Part shown: positions 36,941-46,706 of the stretch, piece after piece
Position numbering within the stretch: the stretch's first letter is position 1
Layout of the letters: every line of letters begins with the position of its first letter
NCBI GenBank assembly: GCA_002501805.1
Contig: DAOI01000008.1
Location: 31,420-95,419, forward strand
From: Euryarchaeota archaeon UBA463
GTDB taxonomy: Archaea; Thermoplasmatota; Poseidoniia; Poseidoniales; Thalassarchaeaceae
Reading direction: 5' to 3'
DNA length: 64,000 nucleotides
Position numbers and translations under genes: made by a program
The notes under the pieces: model-generated
The model's input: the letters and a program-made list of their open reading frames with translations, nothing else
Databases searched by the model: none
What the model was told of the DNA's origin: nothing

Positions 36941-37498
36941 ATGAGCGAGGAAGTTTCGGGACCGATCGGGCGCATCTTCATCAGAGTAGGCTCTGAAGAG
37001 ATTGACCTAACAGGCAGTGACTCCGAGGTAGGGGCCTCCCTGACCAGGATACTGAAGACGGATACCTGGCAGTCTGCTCTGTCAAAGATTAGGAAATCGA
37101 GAGATTCGGCCATTGAAATAGCGACAAAGACTGCACTGGAAGCGAGGATACCTGAAAGAGGATCTTCTTTCAGGCACCTTCTGGATACCTGTGGGATTGA
37201 CAAGACGGGCGACATTATCCTGGCGACGATTCACTATCTCAGGTCTGTAGAAAGGGAGGCCAATACCCCCCCACGAGAAATTCGTAGATTGATTTCACAG
37301 ACTGGAAGATGGACAGAGGAGGAAGTGGAGAAGTGGAATCTCTCCCTTTACATTAACAGAATGATAGAGGGGGGTACAACTGGAAGAGGTCGTGGACCCT
37401 TGCTTACTTTTCCCTCTGGGGCCCCCGAGAAGAATCGTTTCGTAATTCTGACTGAAGCTGGTCTTGACTATCTCGAGGACTTGTCAATTGGTGAGTAG
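36941..37498 (+). CDS. Hypothetical protein, possible C-terminal winged helix
   Basis: Purine-rich RBS; ends in FVILTEAGLDYL, resembling a wHTH wing. Confidence 0.65.
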   Translation: MSEEVSGPIGRIFIRVGSEEIDLTGSDSEVGASLTRILKTDTWQSALSKIRKSRDSAIEIATKTALEARIPERGSSFRHLLDTCGIDKTGDIILATIHYLRSVEREANTPPREIRRLISQTGRWTEEEVEKWNLSLYINRMIEGGTTGRGRGPLLTFPSGAPEKNRFVILTEAGLDYLEDLSIGE

Positions 37499-37499
37499 T

Positions 37500-37892
37500 A
37501 TGTCTGAAGACCGAAAAGATTGGTCATATACTTCTCACATTGGCAAGGATCTGCGTGGTGTGGATCTTTCTGGAGCTGATCTCAGGAGAGCGGTGTTCGA
37601 TAGGGCAGATTTGGAAGGGGCTGACCTATCTGGGGCTGATATGAGAAAGGCATCATTCAAGGGAGCCAATCTCATGAAGGCGGCGTTTGATGAGGCAGAC
37701 ATGCGCGATGCTGTATTCCTCAAAGCAAAGATGAACCTGTCTAATTTCCAAGGATCCAAACTTGATGGGGCCGATTTACGTGGAATCCGGGGCAGATATG
37801 CCATCTGGAGGAATGCTAACTGGTGGGATGCCAGGATGAATGACGATCTAAGGAAGGCACTGACCAAGAAATGGCCAAGAGAAGACGAGTGA
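37500..37892 (+). CDS. Pentapeptide repeat protein
   Basis: Tandem ADLSG/ADLEG/ANLMK-type pentapeptides. Confidence 0.92.
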   Translation: MSEDRKDWSYTSHIGKDLRGVDLSGADLRRAVFDRADLEGADLSGADMRKASFKGANLMKAAFDEADMRDAVFLKAKMNLSNFQGSKLDGADLRGIRGRYAIWRNANWWDARMNDDLRKALTKKWPREDE

Positions 37893-38309
37893 CTATTGGG
37901 GCATTAGCTTTGAAAGGCCTTCCCGCATCCATCCAGGCACTGGTATCTTGCTCTTTATGTCCTTCATTCTGACACAGACCGTAACCTGTTTGGAAGTCCA
38001 GCAAACCGTATCCTCCTGGTTCCTGAACTCGTATTCCCATGTTATTGACGAAGAGCCTATGTCTGTAACTGAAATCTTGCATTTTACCGTGTCTCCGTAT
38101 GAAAGCGGATGGTGGAACTGGGCCTCACTGTGCACGAGTGGAAAGCCGATTCCATCCTCAGTCAGGATTTCATTATAGTGGCGCCCACAGGAGTACTCCC
38201 ACGACTCCTCATAGAACCTGTGGGCCAAATCCCAGAATCTAGGGTAGTAAACGATTCTCGCCATATCGACCATTGGGAAGTCGACGCGCCTAGAAGATGT
38301 GAATGCCAT
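37893..38309 (-). CDS. Acyl-CoA thioesterase, 4HBT/YbgC hot-dog family
   Basis: VDMARIVYY, FPLVHSEAQFHHPLSYGD, IGSSS. Confidence 0.88.
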   Translation of the reverse strand: MAFTSSRRVDFPMVDMARIVYYPRFWDLAHRFYEESWEYSCGRHYNEILTEDGIGFPLVHSEAQFHHPLSYGDTVKCKISVTDIGSSSITWEYEFRNQEDTVCWTSKQVTVCVRMKDIKSKIPVPGWMREGLSKLMPQ

Positions 38310-38377
38310 AATGAAATGAGGTGCGGGGGTAACAAATGTAATTTACCGTGGGGATTAGCATCGTCCGGAGGTAGAAT

Positions 38378-38551
38378 ATGACTGGACAAATGACTAAGAT
38401 AGGTTTGGCGGCGAGTGCTATTTCGATAATTGCATCGATTTACATTTATTTCTCCCACGATGGCGGTGATCCCATGCTAGGGATTTTCGTTGGACTTTGG
38501 GCGCCAACACTAATTCTGTATGCACAAGAATTAGACAAGATGAATGAGTGA
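38378..38551 (+). CDS. 57-aa two-TM small membrane protein, absent from ORF track
   Basis: MTGQMTKIGLAASAISIIASIYIYFSHDGGDPMLGIFVGLWAPTLILYAQELDKMNE; GGAGGT RBS at 38367-38372. Confidence 0.75.
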   Translation: MTGQMTKIGLAASAISIIASIYIYFSHDGGDPMLGIFVGLWAPTLILYAQELDKMNE

Positions 38552-38552
38552 A

Positions 38553-38629
38553 TGGCGGACCCACCGCGATTCGAACACGGGTTACAAGCTCCGCAAGCTC
38601 ATGTGATATCCAGGCTACACTATGGGTCC
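38553..38629 (-). tRNA. tRNA-Arg(GCG), CCA encoded
   Basis: GGACCCA/TGGGTCC acceptor stem, loop TT-GCG-GA, GTTCGAATC T-arm. Confidence 0.95.
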
Positions 38630-38686
38630 AGCGAGTTTTCGACCAGTGACTCGTGTTTAATCCCGACGGTTTAGTATCGCCTACTT

Positions 38687-40078
38687 CTATTCTGTACTTC
38701 TTTTAGATTCTTCCCAATATGAGGATTTTTTAGCGATAGTCCAACTTTTTGGTATATCAAAATCCTCCTTCAAGATATCTTTCAGCGAACGTTTTCCCTT
38801 GTTGTCTTCTTCGTGGGACAAGATTGCGTCTTTGAGTAAAGGGTATGATGATTCATCCTGCCAATTTTCATGGATCCAGTAATCTAGGTCAAACTTCTCG
38901 AAATTGGAGATTAACTTCTCCTTTGCATGGGTATTGGTCCTCGCTATCCTGTCCAGTTCAGCATCGATCTGCTCGTTGGCTTTCTTGGTTGCTCTCTCTC
39001 TAGGACTCTGAATTAATTTGTCAGAGTCAATTACTAAATCGGGTACGATATTTCTCTGGGCTTCCGGTTTGTCATTAATCCAGTAGTGGATAAGTGGAGG
39101 GTCGCTTCCATCTGGCTTCTCTGATATCAGCAGGAATTCTGAGCATTTGTCGATCAGATAATGATTAGGCTTGATTCCATACTGCTTGAGGTTGAACTTT
39201 GGATCCACATTGATTAGTCTCTCATACATAGTAGTGAATGTTACTGTTTGGGATCTCTTTCTTTGACTTAGAAGTCCTTTTGAGAACTCCTCGGGTGTGA
39301 ATTTTATCATTGGCCTCTCGGAGGATTCGTTCTGAGATCTATTAGTCACGATCGGTATTTCTTCAATAGATTTGAGGCTCGATGAAATTTTTTTCTTTGG
39401 TTTACTTCTGAATATACTCTTGATGAATCTGAGGACTCTTCTCCGCCTGGTATTCTCAAGTTCCTCTACTCTCTCTTCTAATCTAGCTATTCTGTTCAGG
39501 AGAATAGACATCTCATCTGGTTTTTCCTCCAGAGATGAGAAGTTTTCAAGAGAAAGCCATATTTCTTGTATTTCCTCGTCCTGTTCCTTCTCAGGCAGAA
39601 GAACCGATGAAATTGACCATTCGACAAACCTCTTTACCTGATTGATGGCCTTGAGGGGGATCTCTCCAGATTCCGGTATGGTCCGTTGGGACTTGGGGCC
39701 GATAACATGGCCTATGAACGACGTCATCACAGAGTTTCGTCGGGCATTGCAATGATAGCACATGGCTACCATGAGATTCTCATATGTGTTATTCCCGCCT
39801 AGAGAAAATGGAAACAGATGCTCCACAGTAAATGACGATGCAGATGGATTGTAGTTTTTGGTAGAAGTACTGCTCTTAGTGATAATCCTATCACAAGTAA
39901 GACATTTTTCCCCTATCTGTCTGGACAGTCTTGTTCTCAGACTCTTCTTTAGTTGTTGCCTCTTGATTGGGGGTTTTCTTGATTGGATAAAGGTGACTGA
40001 AGCTTCTTGACAGTGAGAGATTATCTCTTGAATCTCGGTCTTGGTGAGTATCAAGGCTATCCGTCCTGCCCGCGACAA
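38687..40078 (-). CDS. HNH endonuclease with coiled coil and LOTUS/OST-HTH-like domain
   Basis: CLTC...TVEHLFPFSLGGNNTYENL..MCYHCNARR; DPKFNLKQYG. TTG start uncertain. Confidence 0.75.
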   Translation of the reverse strand: MSRAGRIALILTKTEIQEIISHCQEASVTFIQSRKPPIKRQQLKKSLRTRLSRQIGEKCLTCDRIITKSSTSTKNYNPSASSFTVEHLFPFSLGGNNTYENLMVAMCYHCNARRNSVMTSFIGHVIGPKSQRTIPESGEIPLKAINQVKRFVEWSISSVLLPEKEQDEEIQEIWLSLENFSSLEEKPDEMSILLNRIARLEERVEELENTRRRRVLRFIKSIFRSKPKKKISSSLKSIEEIPIVTNRSQNESSERPMIKFTPEEFSKGLLSQRKRSQTVTFTTMYERLINVDPKFNLKQYGIKPNHYLIDKCSEFLLISEKPDGSDPPLIHYWINDKPEAQRNIVPDLVIDSDKLIQSPRERATKKANEQIDAELDRIARTNTHAKEKLISNFEKFDLDYWIHENWQDESSYPLLKDAILSHEEDNKGKRSLKDILKEDFDIPKSWTIAKKSSYWEESKRSTE

Positions 40079-40126
40079 TCGTCACAGGGAGTCTTTGAGA
40101 TGCCTGAGAGTAATTAATCATCTCGA

Positions 40127-40474
40127 TTAAAGCGGCAGAATGGTCTTCCACCTTGGTTCTGCTAGCTTCTTCGCGTTTGGCCCGTCTCTAACGTTCTTGG
40201 TCTTGTTAGTTAGGACCCCATGCATTCCCTCAACAGAGAACTTGACTCTCAACTCCACCATTCTGTCCCTCTCTGCTACCGTAACTTGCTCGTCATCCAG
40301 ATCTACGGTGGCTGAGGCCGTCTGCTCATTGCCATTGAATAGGCTCATGGTGACCCCTTCCAGAGATGCCCGAGGGGAGAAGTCATAGTCCTCGGGATTG
40401 TTCATCCAGACGCTGACGTCGACTACCAGCTTCTCTCTGACGGACAGCTTGGTTATCTCCATCGACTTGACCAT
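40127..40474 (-). CDS. Hypothetical protein
   Basis: 115-aa ORF filling the gap, with normal composition and ATG start. Confidence 0.65.
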   Translation of the reverse strand: MVKSMEITKLSVREKLVVDVSVWMNNPEDYDFSPRASLEGVTMSLFNGNEQTASATVDLDDEQVTVAERDRMVELRVKFSVEGMHGVLTNKTKNVRDGPNAKKLAEPRWKTILPL

Positions 40475-40525
40475 GCCTAACGCAGGCGAGAGGAGTTCAA
40501 AGCACTTCGCACAGGGATAGTAGTC

Positions 40526-41692
40526 TCACAGACCTACTTCGCTGATTCTGAGAACCATGACAACCACTGTCACTGTAAGGTCCCAATCATTGCCCTGGTC
40601 CGGATCTACTCCATCCACAGGCAGGTCCGGGTCGCACTGGTCTGCCGTAATTATCCAAGTCCATGTTCCTTGGCCGAATCTCTCTCCAGCTTGGTTCAAT
40701 AGCTGTTGTTCGAGGGATTCCTTGGAGTCGGCGGAGAGGGTGTATCCACTATCTGGGTAGGAGTTCATCTCGCCTCTGTCTATGGAAGCGCTGGAGTTCT
40801 CAGTTATGTTGTCCTGTGATGTGGATGCGAAAGTACTCCATCCGGACTCCATATCGAGGGAGAAGGTGAAGTTGTCCTCTGGGAGCATGATAGGTATCAG
40901 TTCCCGTGAAAGTGTGAGAGTTGAGTTTAGTTGGATTACTCTTCCCCCCAAACCGGGCTCATGCTCGTATACTACTGATTCGCCCTGCTCTAGGTATCCG
41001 TTCCAGTTTGCTTCGACTATCTGTTCCTCCCAAACGATGTTGAAGACTCTCGAGACGACCATTAGGTTCCAACTGGTTGTCGATACTGCCCCCTTGTCAT
41101 CAACCACTGTTACTGACCCTGTTCTATTTCCCGCTTGGTCTATCATCAGTTCGGCGATTCTGAGCGTTGAGTCGGCGTCATTGGCGGGATCACCGTCATT
41201 GTTGGAGTCGGAGAATATATTGAAATCCCACATAACCTCAATCCCCGCTCCCTCCGGATCGAATGATTCGCTGGCATCCAAGGTGGCCGTCTCGCCGGAT
41301 TTGATGAACGTGGGCATTTCGAGGACGATTGTAGGTGGTGCGTTGACAAATATAGAGATGGAGTCTCTATCGATCTCTCCATCATCGTTCAGTACGGTCA
41401 CCTCCACATCATGATAGCCTGAGCTCATGAATGTATAGCTGGTAATTCCCTGTTTTGTGGTTTTTGAGCCCCCGTCTCCGAAGTCCCACTGGAACTCATC
41501 AATGATGGTTGGGCTTGGCGTGGTGGACTCCCTAGCATCGAAATTGACTGTCTCACCTAGATTTATCTCGGTCTGGTCTGCTGATATTTTTGCATTGGGA
41601 ACGTTACTACCGAGACCCGTGCAACCAGACAGAGAAACCATCACTAGTGATGCTACAATCAGAAATGTCGGATACTTGGTATTACGTATCAT
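40526..41692 (-). CDS. PKD-domain lipoprotein
   Basis: Lipobox LSGC; two PKD units (FDARES..WDFGDG; LDASES..WDF..VVDDKG). Confidence 0.85.
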   Translation of the reverse strand: MIRNTKYPTFLIVASLVMVSLSGCTGLGSNVPNAKISADQTEINLGETVNFDARESTTPSPTIIDEFQWDFGDGGSKTTKQGITSYTFMSSGYHDVEVTVLNDDGEIDRDSISIFVNAPPTIVLEMPTFIKSGETATLDASESFDPEGAGIEVMWDFNIFSDSNNDGDPANDADSTLRIAELMIDQAGNRTGSVTVVDDKGAVSTTSWNLMVVSRVFNIVWEEQIVEANWNGYLEQGESVVYEHEPGLGGRVIQLNSTLTLSRELIPIMLPEDNFTFSLDMESGWSTFASTSQDNITENSSASIDRGEMNSYPDSGYTLSADSKESLEQQLLNQAGERFGQGTWTWIITADQCDPDLPVDGVDPDQGNDWDLTVTVVVMVLRISEVGL

Positions 41693-41790
41693 GATGCTCA
41701 TGCAACGTTTCACAATATATGGCTGTTGGATTTGTGAACTCACTTCTGTTGATTGCGATAGTTCATGGACATCGCCGTCCAGGGCCATTC

Positions 41791-42363
41791 ATGTCTCAGC
41801 CGTTTGATGGTATGAAGGTCATCGGTTTTGACTTGGAAACAACTGGCTTTGATTGTAGATCAGAGAGGATCGTAGAGTATGCGATGGTGGGTAGCGATTC
41901 TGATGGCAAGCATATCAGCCTATGCTCCCTAGTAGACCCCGAGCAGAAAATCCCTGAGCAGGCGAGCAGTGTCCATGGAATCACAAACTCAGATGTGAAG
42001 GGGATGGGTAACTTCTCCGATCACTCAGAGAAGATATCGGAGATGATGGAGGGTGCAGTCATTGTTGGTCACAATGTCGTAGGATTCGACTGGGGATTCA
42101 TCAAGATGGAGTGTCTTAGAGCAGGGATAGAGCCCCCTCGGATAAGGGGTTTCGTTGATACTCTGAAAATAGCTAGGAGGCTCAGAGTTCCCGGTAGGCA
42201 TCGCCTGGGTGATCTATGTGATAGATACGGGATTGATCTGGAACGAGCTCACAGGGCCGATGCTGATGCCAGTGCCTCGCTACTTCTACTTTGGAATCTG
42301 ATGAAAGAGTATCCCGATAGCTTCCGAGGACCTGTCCAGGATCTTATCGAGGCTCTAGATTAG
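41791..42363 (+). CDS. DEDDh 3'-5' exonuclease, DnaQ-like
   Basis: FDLETTG, VHGI, GHNVVGFD, DTL, AHRADADA. Confidence 0.92.
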   Translation: MSQPFDGMKVIGFDLETTGFDCRSERIVEYAMVGSDSDGKHISLCSLVDPEQKIPEQASSVHGITNSDVKGMGNFSDHSEKISEMMEGAVIVGHNVVGFDWGFIKMECLRAGIEPPRIRGFVDTLKIARRLRVPGRHRLGDLCDRYGIDLERAHRADADASASLLLLWNLMKEYPDSFRGPVQDLIEALD

Positions 42364-43506
42364 GGATTTATTCAAGGGAGACCAAGGTAGTATCTCAGAC
42401 CAGTCCCCGAGATGCATTATCTTGCCGTCTGCCTTCGCACTTCCGAGGTAAACGGGACCCTGATACCCTGAGTCTACCAGCTCTCTCATCTGAGAGAGAG
42501 CTTGGTCCCTTAGTAGTGCACCGAATTTGTTCTCTGATCTACCCACATCTCCGGTATCGCCGACTGGAGGGGCTCTCTCAAACAGAGTAGCTCCTGAGTC
42601 ACTGTCAAATCGAATAATATTCACTACTTCATCCCTGAAAATACCTCCTGGAGGAAGCATTCCATCCCTACGGGCCACCCACCAAGTTGGACACCATGCT
42701 TTCCACTCACAGAATCCGCATGCGGTTGGGTCGGGGGTTCCTTCGAATGGCGTCTCACTGTGCCTCATCCCTTCCCATGCTACGAATGCGTCTTCCAGCA
42801 CCGATGGCCCCTCGGCTCTGTGGATTGTCTGATTGGAGGAGTACCATCCTTCTGCATGAAGGGGAGGGTGATCTGGATTGTTCTCCTTCAGGAGATCCCT
42901 GTAGAAGCGGAGTTGCCTGCTAACCTTCTCGTTCAGGCTAACCTTTGGGGGCCTCCCGGTTTTCAAATCGGCGACAATCCATCCTATCGATTTGCCATTT
43001 TCGTCAATATCTGCAACTAGTAGATCTAGTCTACCCATCAACCTACCACACTCTGATACAAGAGTGCCTTCGTTAGCTAGGACGATTGACTGTACTTGTT
43101 TCCACATTCCTATCGTCACCTCCGAAAGAGCAACTTTCTCTATTCCTGATTTTGAGAACAGTATATTCAATGCGCCGACGAGTCCGTCATGAGCTTTCGT
43201 AATCATCTCGTCTTTCCACCGGGGATGTCTAGGAGTCTCCATGAAAATTTCTTTTTCGATCTGCCAGTGCCTATCTAGAATCGCTTTTGCAGTGGGTGGG
43301 AGCCATTCGACTTCATCTGAGTCCCTGTCCTCGATATCCAGATTGCATAGGTCCTCGACAGAATTGTGGACTGCTGTTCCCATGGATGCTGGCATACTGG
43401 CCTTTCGGGGGAGCCTCTGTCTGGAAAGCCAGTATTTCCGAGGGCAGTCCTCGTATCTACTCCAAGAGGATGGTGACAGTTGGTGGGCTACAAATCCTTC
43501 ATCCAT
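42355..43506 (-). CDS. Stand-alone PD-(D/E)XK nuclease, RecB/Cas4-like, four Fe-S cysteines
   Basis: LSPSS...CPRKY, GTAVH, GRLDL, DLKTG, QLRFY, CGFCEWKAWC. Confidence 0.88.
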   Translation of the reverse strand: MDEGFVAHQLSPSSWSRYEDCPRKYWLSRQRLPRKASMPASMGTAVHNSVEDLCNLDIEDRDSDEVEWLPPTAKAILDRHWQIEKEIFMETPRHPRWKDEMITKAHDGLVGALNILFSKSGIEKVALSEVTIGMWKQVQSIVLANEGTLVSECGRLMGRLDLLVADIDENGKSIGWIVADLKTGRPPKVSLNEKVSRQLRFYRDLLKENNPDHPPLHAEGWYSSNQTIHRAEGPSVLEDAFVAWEGMRHSETPFEGTPDPTACGFCEWKAWCPTWWVARRDGMLPPGGIFRDEVVNIIRFDSDSGATLFERAPPVGDTGDVGRSENKFGALLRDQALSQMRELVDSGYQGPVYLGSAKADGKIMHLGDWSEILPWSPLNKSLI

Positions 43507-43580
43507 GTCATGCCCCCGTGTGTTTCACCTATGACACCGTACGGGCTAACTGTTAGAAGCACTTGCATTAATCGGGAGCC

Positions 43581-44384
43581 ATGAGTGAGAGGCCCGTGAT
43601 AGATATCGAGGATGGTTCGGAGTTCGATGAGGCCTTGGTGATCAGTTGTTTTCCGTCAGAGGGTTTTGTGAGTAGCATTGTGGCACATTTTCTTGTGGAC
43701 AAGCTTGGATTAGAGCTCGTAGGAGGAATTCGCCACTCGGGACTACCTCCGGTTTGTCTGGTGCAGGAAGGTAGTCCCCTTCCTCCCATTAGGCTCTACA
43801 GCGGAGTCCCTATTTGTAACGTGGATAAGTGCGATAAGGTGGTACTAATCGCCTCAGAGATTCAAATATCTCCAGAATTGAAGTTACCGATTGCAAGTGA
43901 GATTCTAGACTGGATGTCGGAATCTGGTGCTGGAATGTCAATAATGATCGATTCTTACGCGCATGGAGAGGGTCAAAAGCACTCTATATTCGATGAGGAT
44001 AAGAGCCCAGATACTGTGGTAGGTATCGGTTCGAATGAGAAGTCTAGAGAGATGCTCAAAGAAATTGGTGCTACCCTCCTAAAGCAAGGTGTTGTTGGGG
44101 GTATGACGGGGGTCATGCTTGGTGAGAGTCGCAGAAGGAAGATGGATTCATTGGCTGTAATTGCAGAGTCGGGAGGAGAGTTCAGCGGAGGGGGGGTCCC
44201 CGATGCGCGGGCCGCAGCTCGTATCATCGAGTGCCTAGATGGTCTGCTTCCAGCGGTGAAGCTTGATCCAGAACCGCTGTTAGAAGAAGCACAGAGGATT
44301 GAGGGTCAAATAAGGGAGATGATGGCCTTGCACCTGAACTCTGAGTCTGATGTGGTTAGTGCCCCTAGTACGATGTATGGTTAA
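43581..44384 (+). CDS. PAC2-family proteasome assembly chaperone, second paralog
   Basis: FPSEGFVSSI, PPIRLY, PDARAAA. Confidence 0.85.
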   Translation: MSERPVIDIEDGSEFDEALVISCFPSEGFVSSIVAHFLVDKLGLELVGGIRHSGLPPVCLVQEGSPLPPIRLYSGVPICNVDKCDKVVLIASEIQISPELKLPIASEILDWMSESGAGMSIMIDSYAHGEGQKHSIFDEDKSPDTVVGIGSNEKSREMLKEIGATLLKQGVVGGMTGVMLGESRRRKMDSLAVIAESGGEFSGGGVPDARAAARIIECLDGLLPAVKLDPEPLLEEAQRIEGQIREMMALHLNSESDVVSAPSTMYG

Positions 44385-46496
44385 TCAGAACTCACCTAGA
44401 GTTGATTGTCGCGGTATGGGAATATCTGCTAGAATTCCTCCTCCCAGTAGCTCATCGAGCTCGTCCTCGCCGATTATCTTCACACCCAGTCTTGTTGCCT
44501 TCTCCATCTTCGATCCTGATGAGTCCCCAGAAACTAGGAAATCGAGATTTCCCGATACCGATGAGACTACTTTCCCCCCTTGCGCCTTTATTGAGAGTGC
44601 TATCTCTTTCCTAGGCCTACTCAGGGTCCCTGTTATACAGAAGGTCTCCCCATTCAACATCCCTCGCGAAACTACCTTACTTTCCTCAACTATTACTATC
44701 TTTGAATGCAGGTCAATTATCGATTCTTTTCTATTCGAAATACCATCCAATAATAGATTGGCCACTACTTCTCCAATTCTATCTATTTTGACTAGTCTTT
44801 CAACCGCTTCTTCTCTGTGGGAGAGCATGTCGATCAATTCGTCCAAAGTCTCTACCTCAGAGCATATCAGCGTCGCTATCTCGGGACCGATTCTAGGTAA
44901 CCCCAACGCAGAGATGAATGTACTGAGCGTCATCGACTTACTATTCTCTAGTTCTTTGAGTATGTTGTTTGCTGATTTCTCGGCCATCCTGTCCAAAGAA
45001 AGTAGCTCTCTCTTCCTTTCATCAAGCCTGTAGAGGTCGGCGAGGCTAGAGACTAGTCCTGAAGAGCATAGTTGCTCAGCGAGTTTTTCTCCGATTCCAT
45101 CCAGTTCAAGTTTCCTGCACCAGTATAGTATGGTGCGCTCTAATCTGGAAGGACAATCCAAGTTGTTGCACTTTAGGAATGCCCCGTCCACGACTAGTGT
45201 GGTTTCACAACGAGGGCATTTGGAGGGGACTATGATTTCAGAGGCCTCAGGCAGTTCCTGATTGAATGGGGACCCGTCTGAATGGGTCCTTCCTTCGAGA
45301 TCATCCTGAGTGGCCCTACCCAGGACTTCTATGATTTTGGGGATTACGTCTCCTCTCCTTACTACTCTAACCTTGTCTCCGATGGACATTCCCAGCCTCT
45401 CTACTTCGCCTTTGTTGTGTAGAGTGGTATTCTCGACCGTCACTCCGGATACTATTACCGGGGCTATTCTAGAGACTGGGGTCACGTTTCCTGTTCTCCC
45501 GGTCTGCCAATCTACCCCCATAAGTACAGAAATCGCTTCCTGGGGGGGGAACTTCCATGCTAGGGCCCACCTAGGATGATGAGCAGTCATTCCGAGAAGA
45601 TCTCTCTTGTCCAGACGGTCCAGTTTTATTACGACACCGTCGATCTCCCATGGCTCTGAATATCTGCTTTCAGTCCATCTCTTAGTGATTTCAATAATCT
45701 TATTCGAAGTATCGTGATCTTCGGAGCCCGAGACAATCTCATTCCCAGCAACCTGTATCCCCATCGAAGATAGCCATGAAATAGCTTCTGAATCGTATTT
45801 GAATTCTGGATGATTGGGACTATCGGGATGTTTGGAGTCGCCTGAAGGAAATTCTACTCCATACGCGAAGAAGGCCAAGTCCTCTGCTCGTCCCTTTCCA
45901 GCGTCGATACTCTTCTGCCTGAGCGAGCCAGCGGCTAGATTTCTCGGATTGGGGGCTATATCGGAATATTTCTGCTCGAATATATCCAATGGCATGACCA
46001 CTTCCCCTCTAATATGACAATCTCCATCCCAAGCTAGCTTGTCTGGAACATTTGGAATTCTCCTTACGTTTGCTGTTACGTCCTCGCCTCTGGTTCCATT
46101 GCCTCTAGTGGCGGCTCTCACGAGTCTGCCTCTTCTGTACTCGAGTGAAAGTGCAGACCCATCTAACTTGGGCTGACACACGAACCTCCTTCCCTTTGCT
46201 GTAGTCTGAGATACGAAATGGAGGACTTGTTCCTCAGTATTGGCCTTATCCAAGCTCCTCATTGGGAACTCATGCACTATCTTTACCGACCCAGGAGGAG
46301 GATCCGCCCCCACTCTGGAAAGTTGTGGATGATTCGGGTCCAGGGACTCTAGCTCGTCCCTCAAGGAGTCGAACTCGGAATCACTAATCTCGGGGGAGGC
46401 TTCATTGTAATACTTATTCGAGTGGTATGAGAGAAGGTCCGCGAGATCATTGATTTTGAGGAGTTTTGCCCTCTCATCGTTGGCGTCTTCTGCCAT
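44385..46496 (-). CDS. ligA: NAD+-dependent DNA ligase
   Basis: MRSLDK, KLDG, EIDGVVIK, QTGRTG, RRGDVIP, C4 zinc finger, HhH, BRCT. Confidence 0.96.
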   Translation of the reverse strand: MAEDANDERAKLLKINDLADLLSYHSNKYYNEASPEISDSEFDSLRDELESLDPNHPQLSRVGADPPPGSVKIVHEFPMRSLDKANTEEQVLHFVSQTTAKGRRFVCQPKLDGSALSLEYRRGRLVRAATRGNGTRGEDVTANVRRIPNVPDKLAWDGDCHIRGEVVMPLDIFEQKYSDIAPNPRNLAAGSLRQKSIDAGKGRAEDLAFFAYGVEFPSGDSKHPDSPNHPEFKYDSEAISWLSSMGIQVAGNEIVSGSEDHDTSNKIIEITKRWTESRYSEPWEIDGVVIKLDRLDKRDLLGMTAHHPRWALAWKFPPQEAISVLMGVDWQTGRTGNVTPVSRIAPVIVSGVTVENTTLHNKGEVERLGMSIGDKVRVVRRGDVIPKIIEVLGRATQDDLEGRTHSDGSPFNQELPEASEIIVPSKCPRCETTLVVDGAFLKCNNLDCPSRLERTILYWCRKLELDGIGEKLAEQLCSSGLVSSLADLYRLDERKRELLSLDRMAEKSANNILKELENSKSMTLSTFISALGLPRIGPEIATLICSEVETLDELIDMLSHREEAVERLVKIDRIGEVVANLLLDGISNRKESIIDLHSKIVIVEESKVVSRGMLNGETFCITGTLSRPRKEIALSIKAQGGKVVSSVSGNLDFLVSGDSSGSKMEKATRLGVKIIGEDELDELLGGGILADIPIPRQSTLGEF

Positions 46497-46578
46497 GTTC
46501 TACGAGAGGGGGAGGGCCCCTTCAAGTTACGTCTTGGTTGTACGAAAACGTACCTTAGGTGTGCCCTGCAGTATTTGG

Positions 46579-46656
46579 TGGTGGGCCTGCCAGGATTTGA
46601 ACCTGGGTCGCGCGACCCCCAGCCGCGAAGTATAGGCCAAGCTAACCTACAGGCCC
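46579..46656 (-). tRNA. tRNA-Pro(GGG), CCA encoded
   Basis: GGGCCTG/CAGGCCC acceptor stem, loop CT-GGG-GG, GTTCAAATC; follows rpoN as in many archaea. Confidence 0.95.
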
Positions 46657-46706
46657 CTTTGTGGGATTGAAGCGTGAGAGCATCATTTGAAAGCCCTGTC
46701 GCTACA

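Noticed and set aside
38553..40078. Integrated element at tRNA-Arg
   Set aside because: No integrase and no duplicated tRNA end seen; the HNH gene lies on the tRNA 5' side.
42355..43506. CRISPR-Cas locus
   Set aside because: The Cas4-like nuclease is alone; no cas1/cas2 or repeat-spacer array is visible.
46576..46581. Encoded CCACCA after tRNA-Pro as a decay tag
   Set aside because: Three extra bases are easily chance; the tag is normally added post-transcriptionally.
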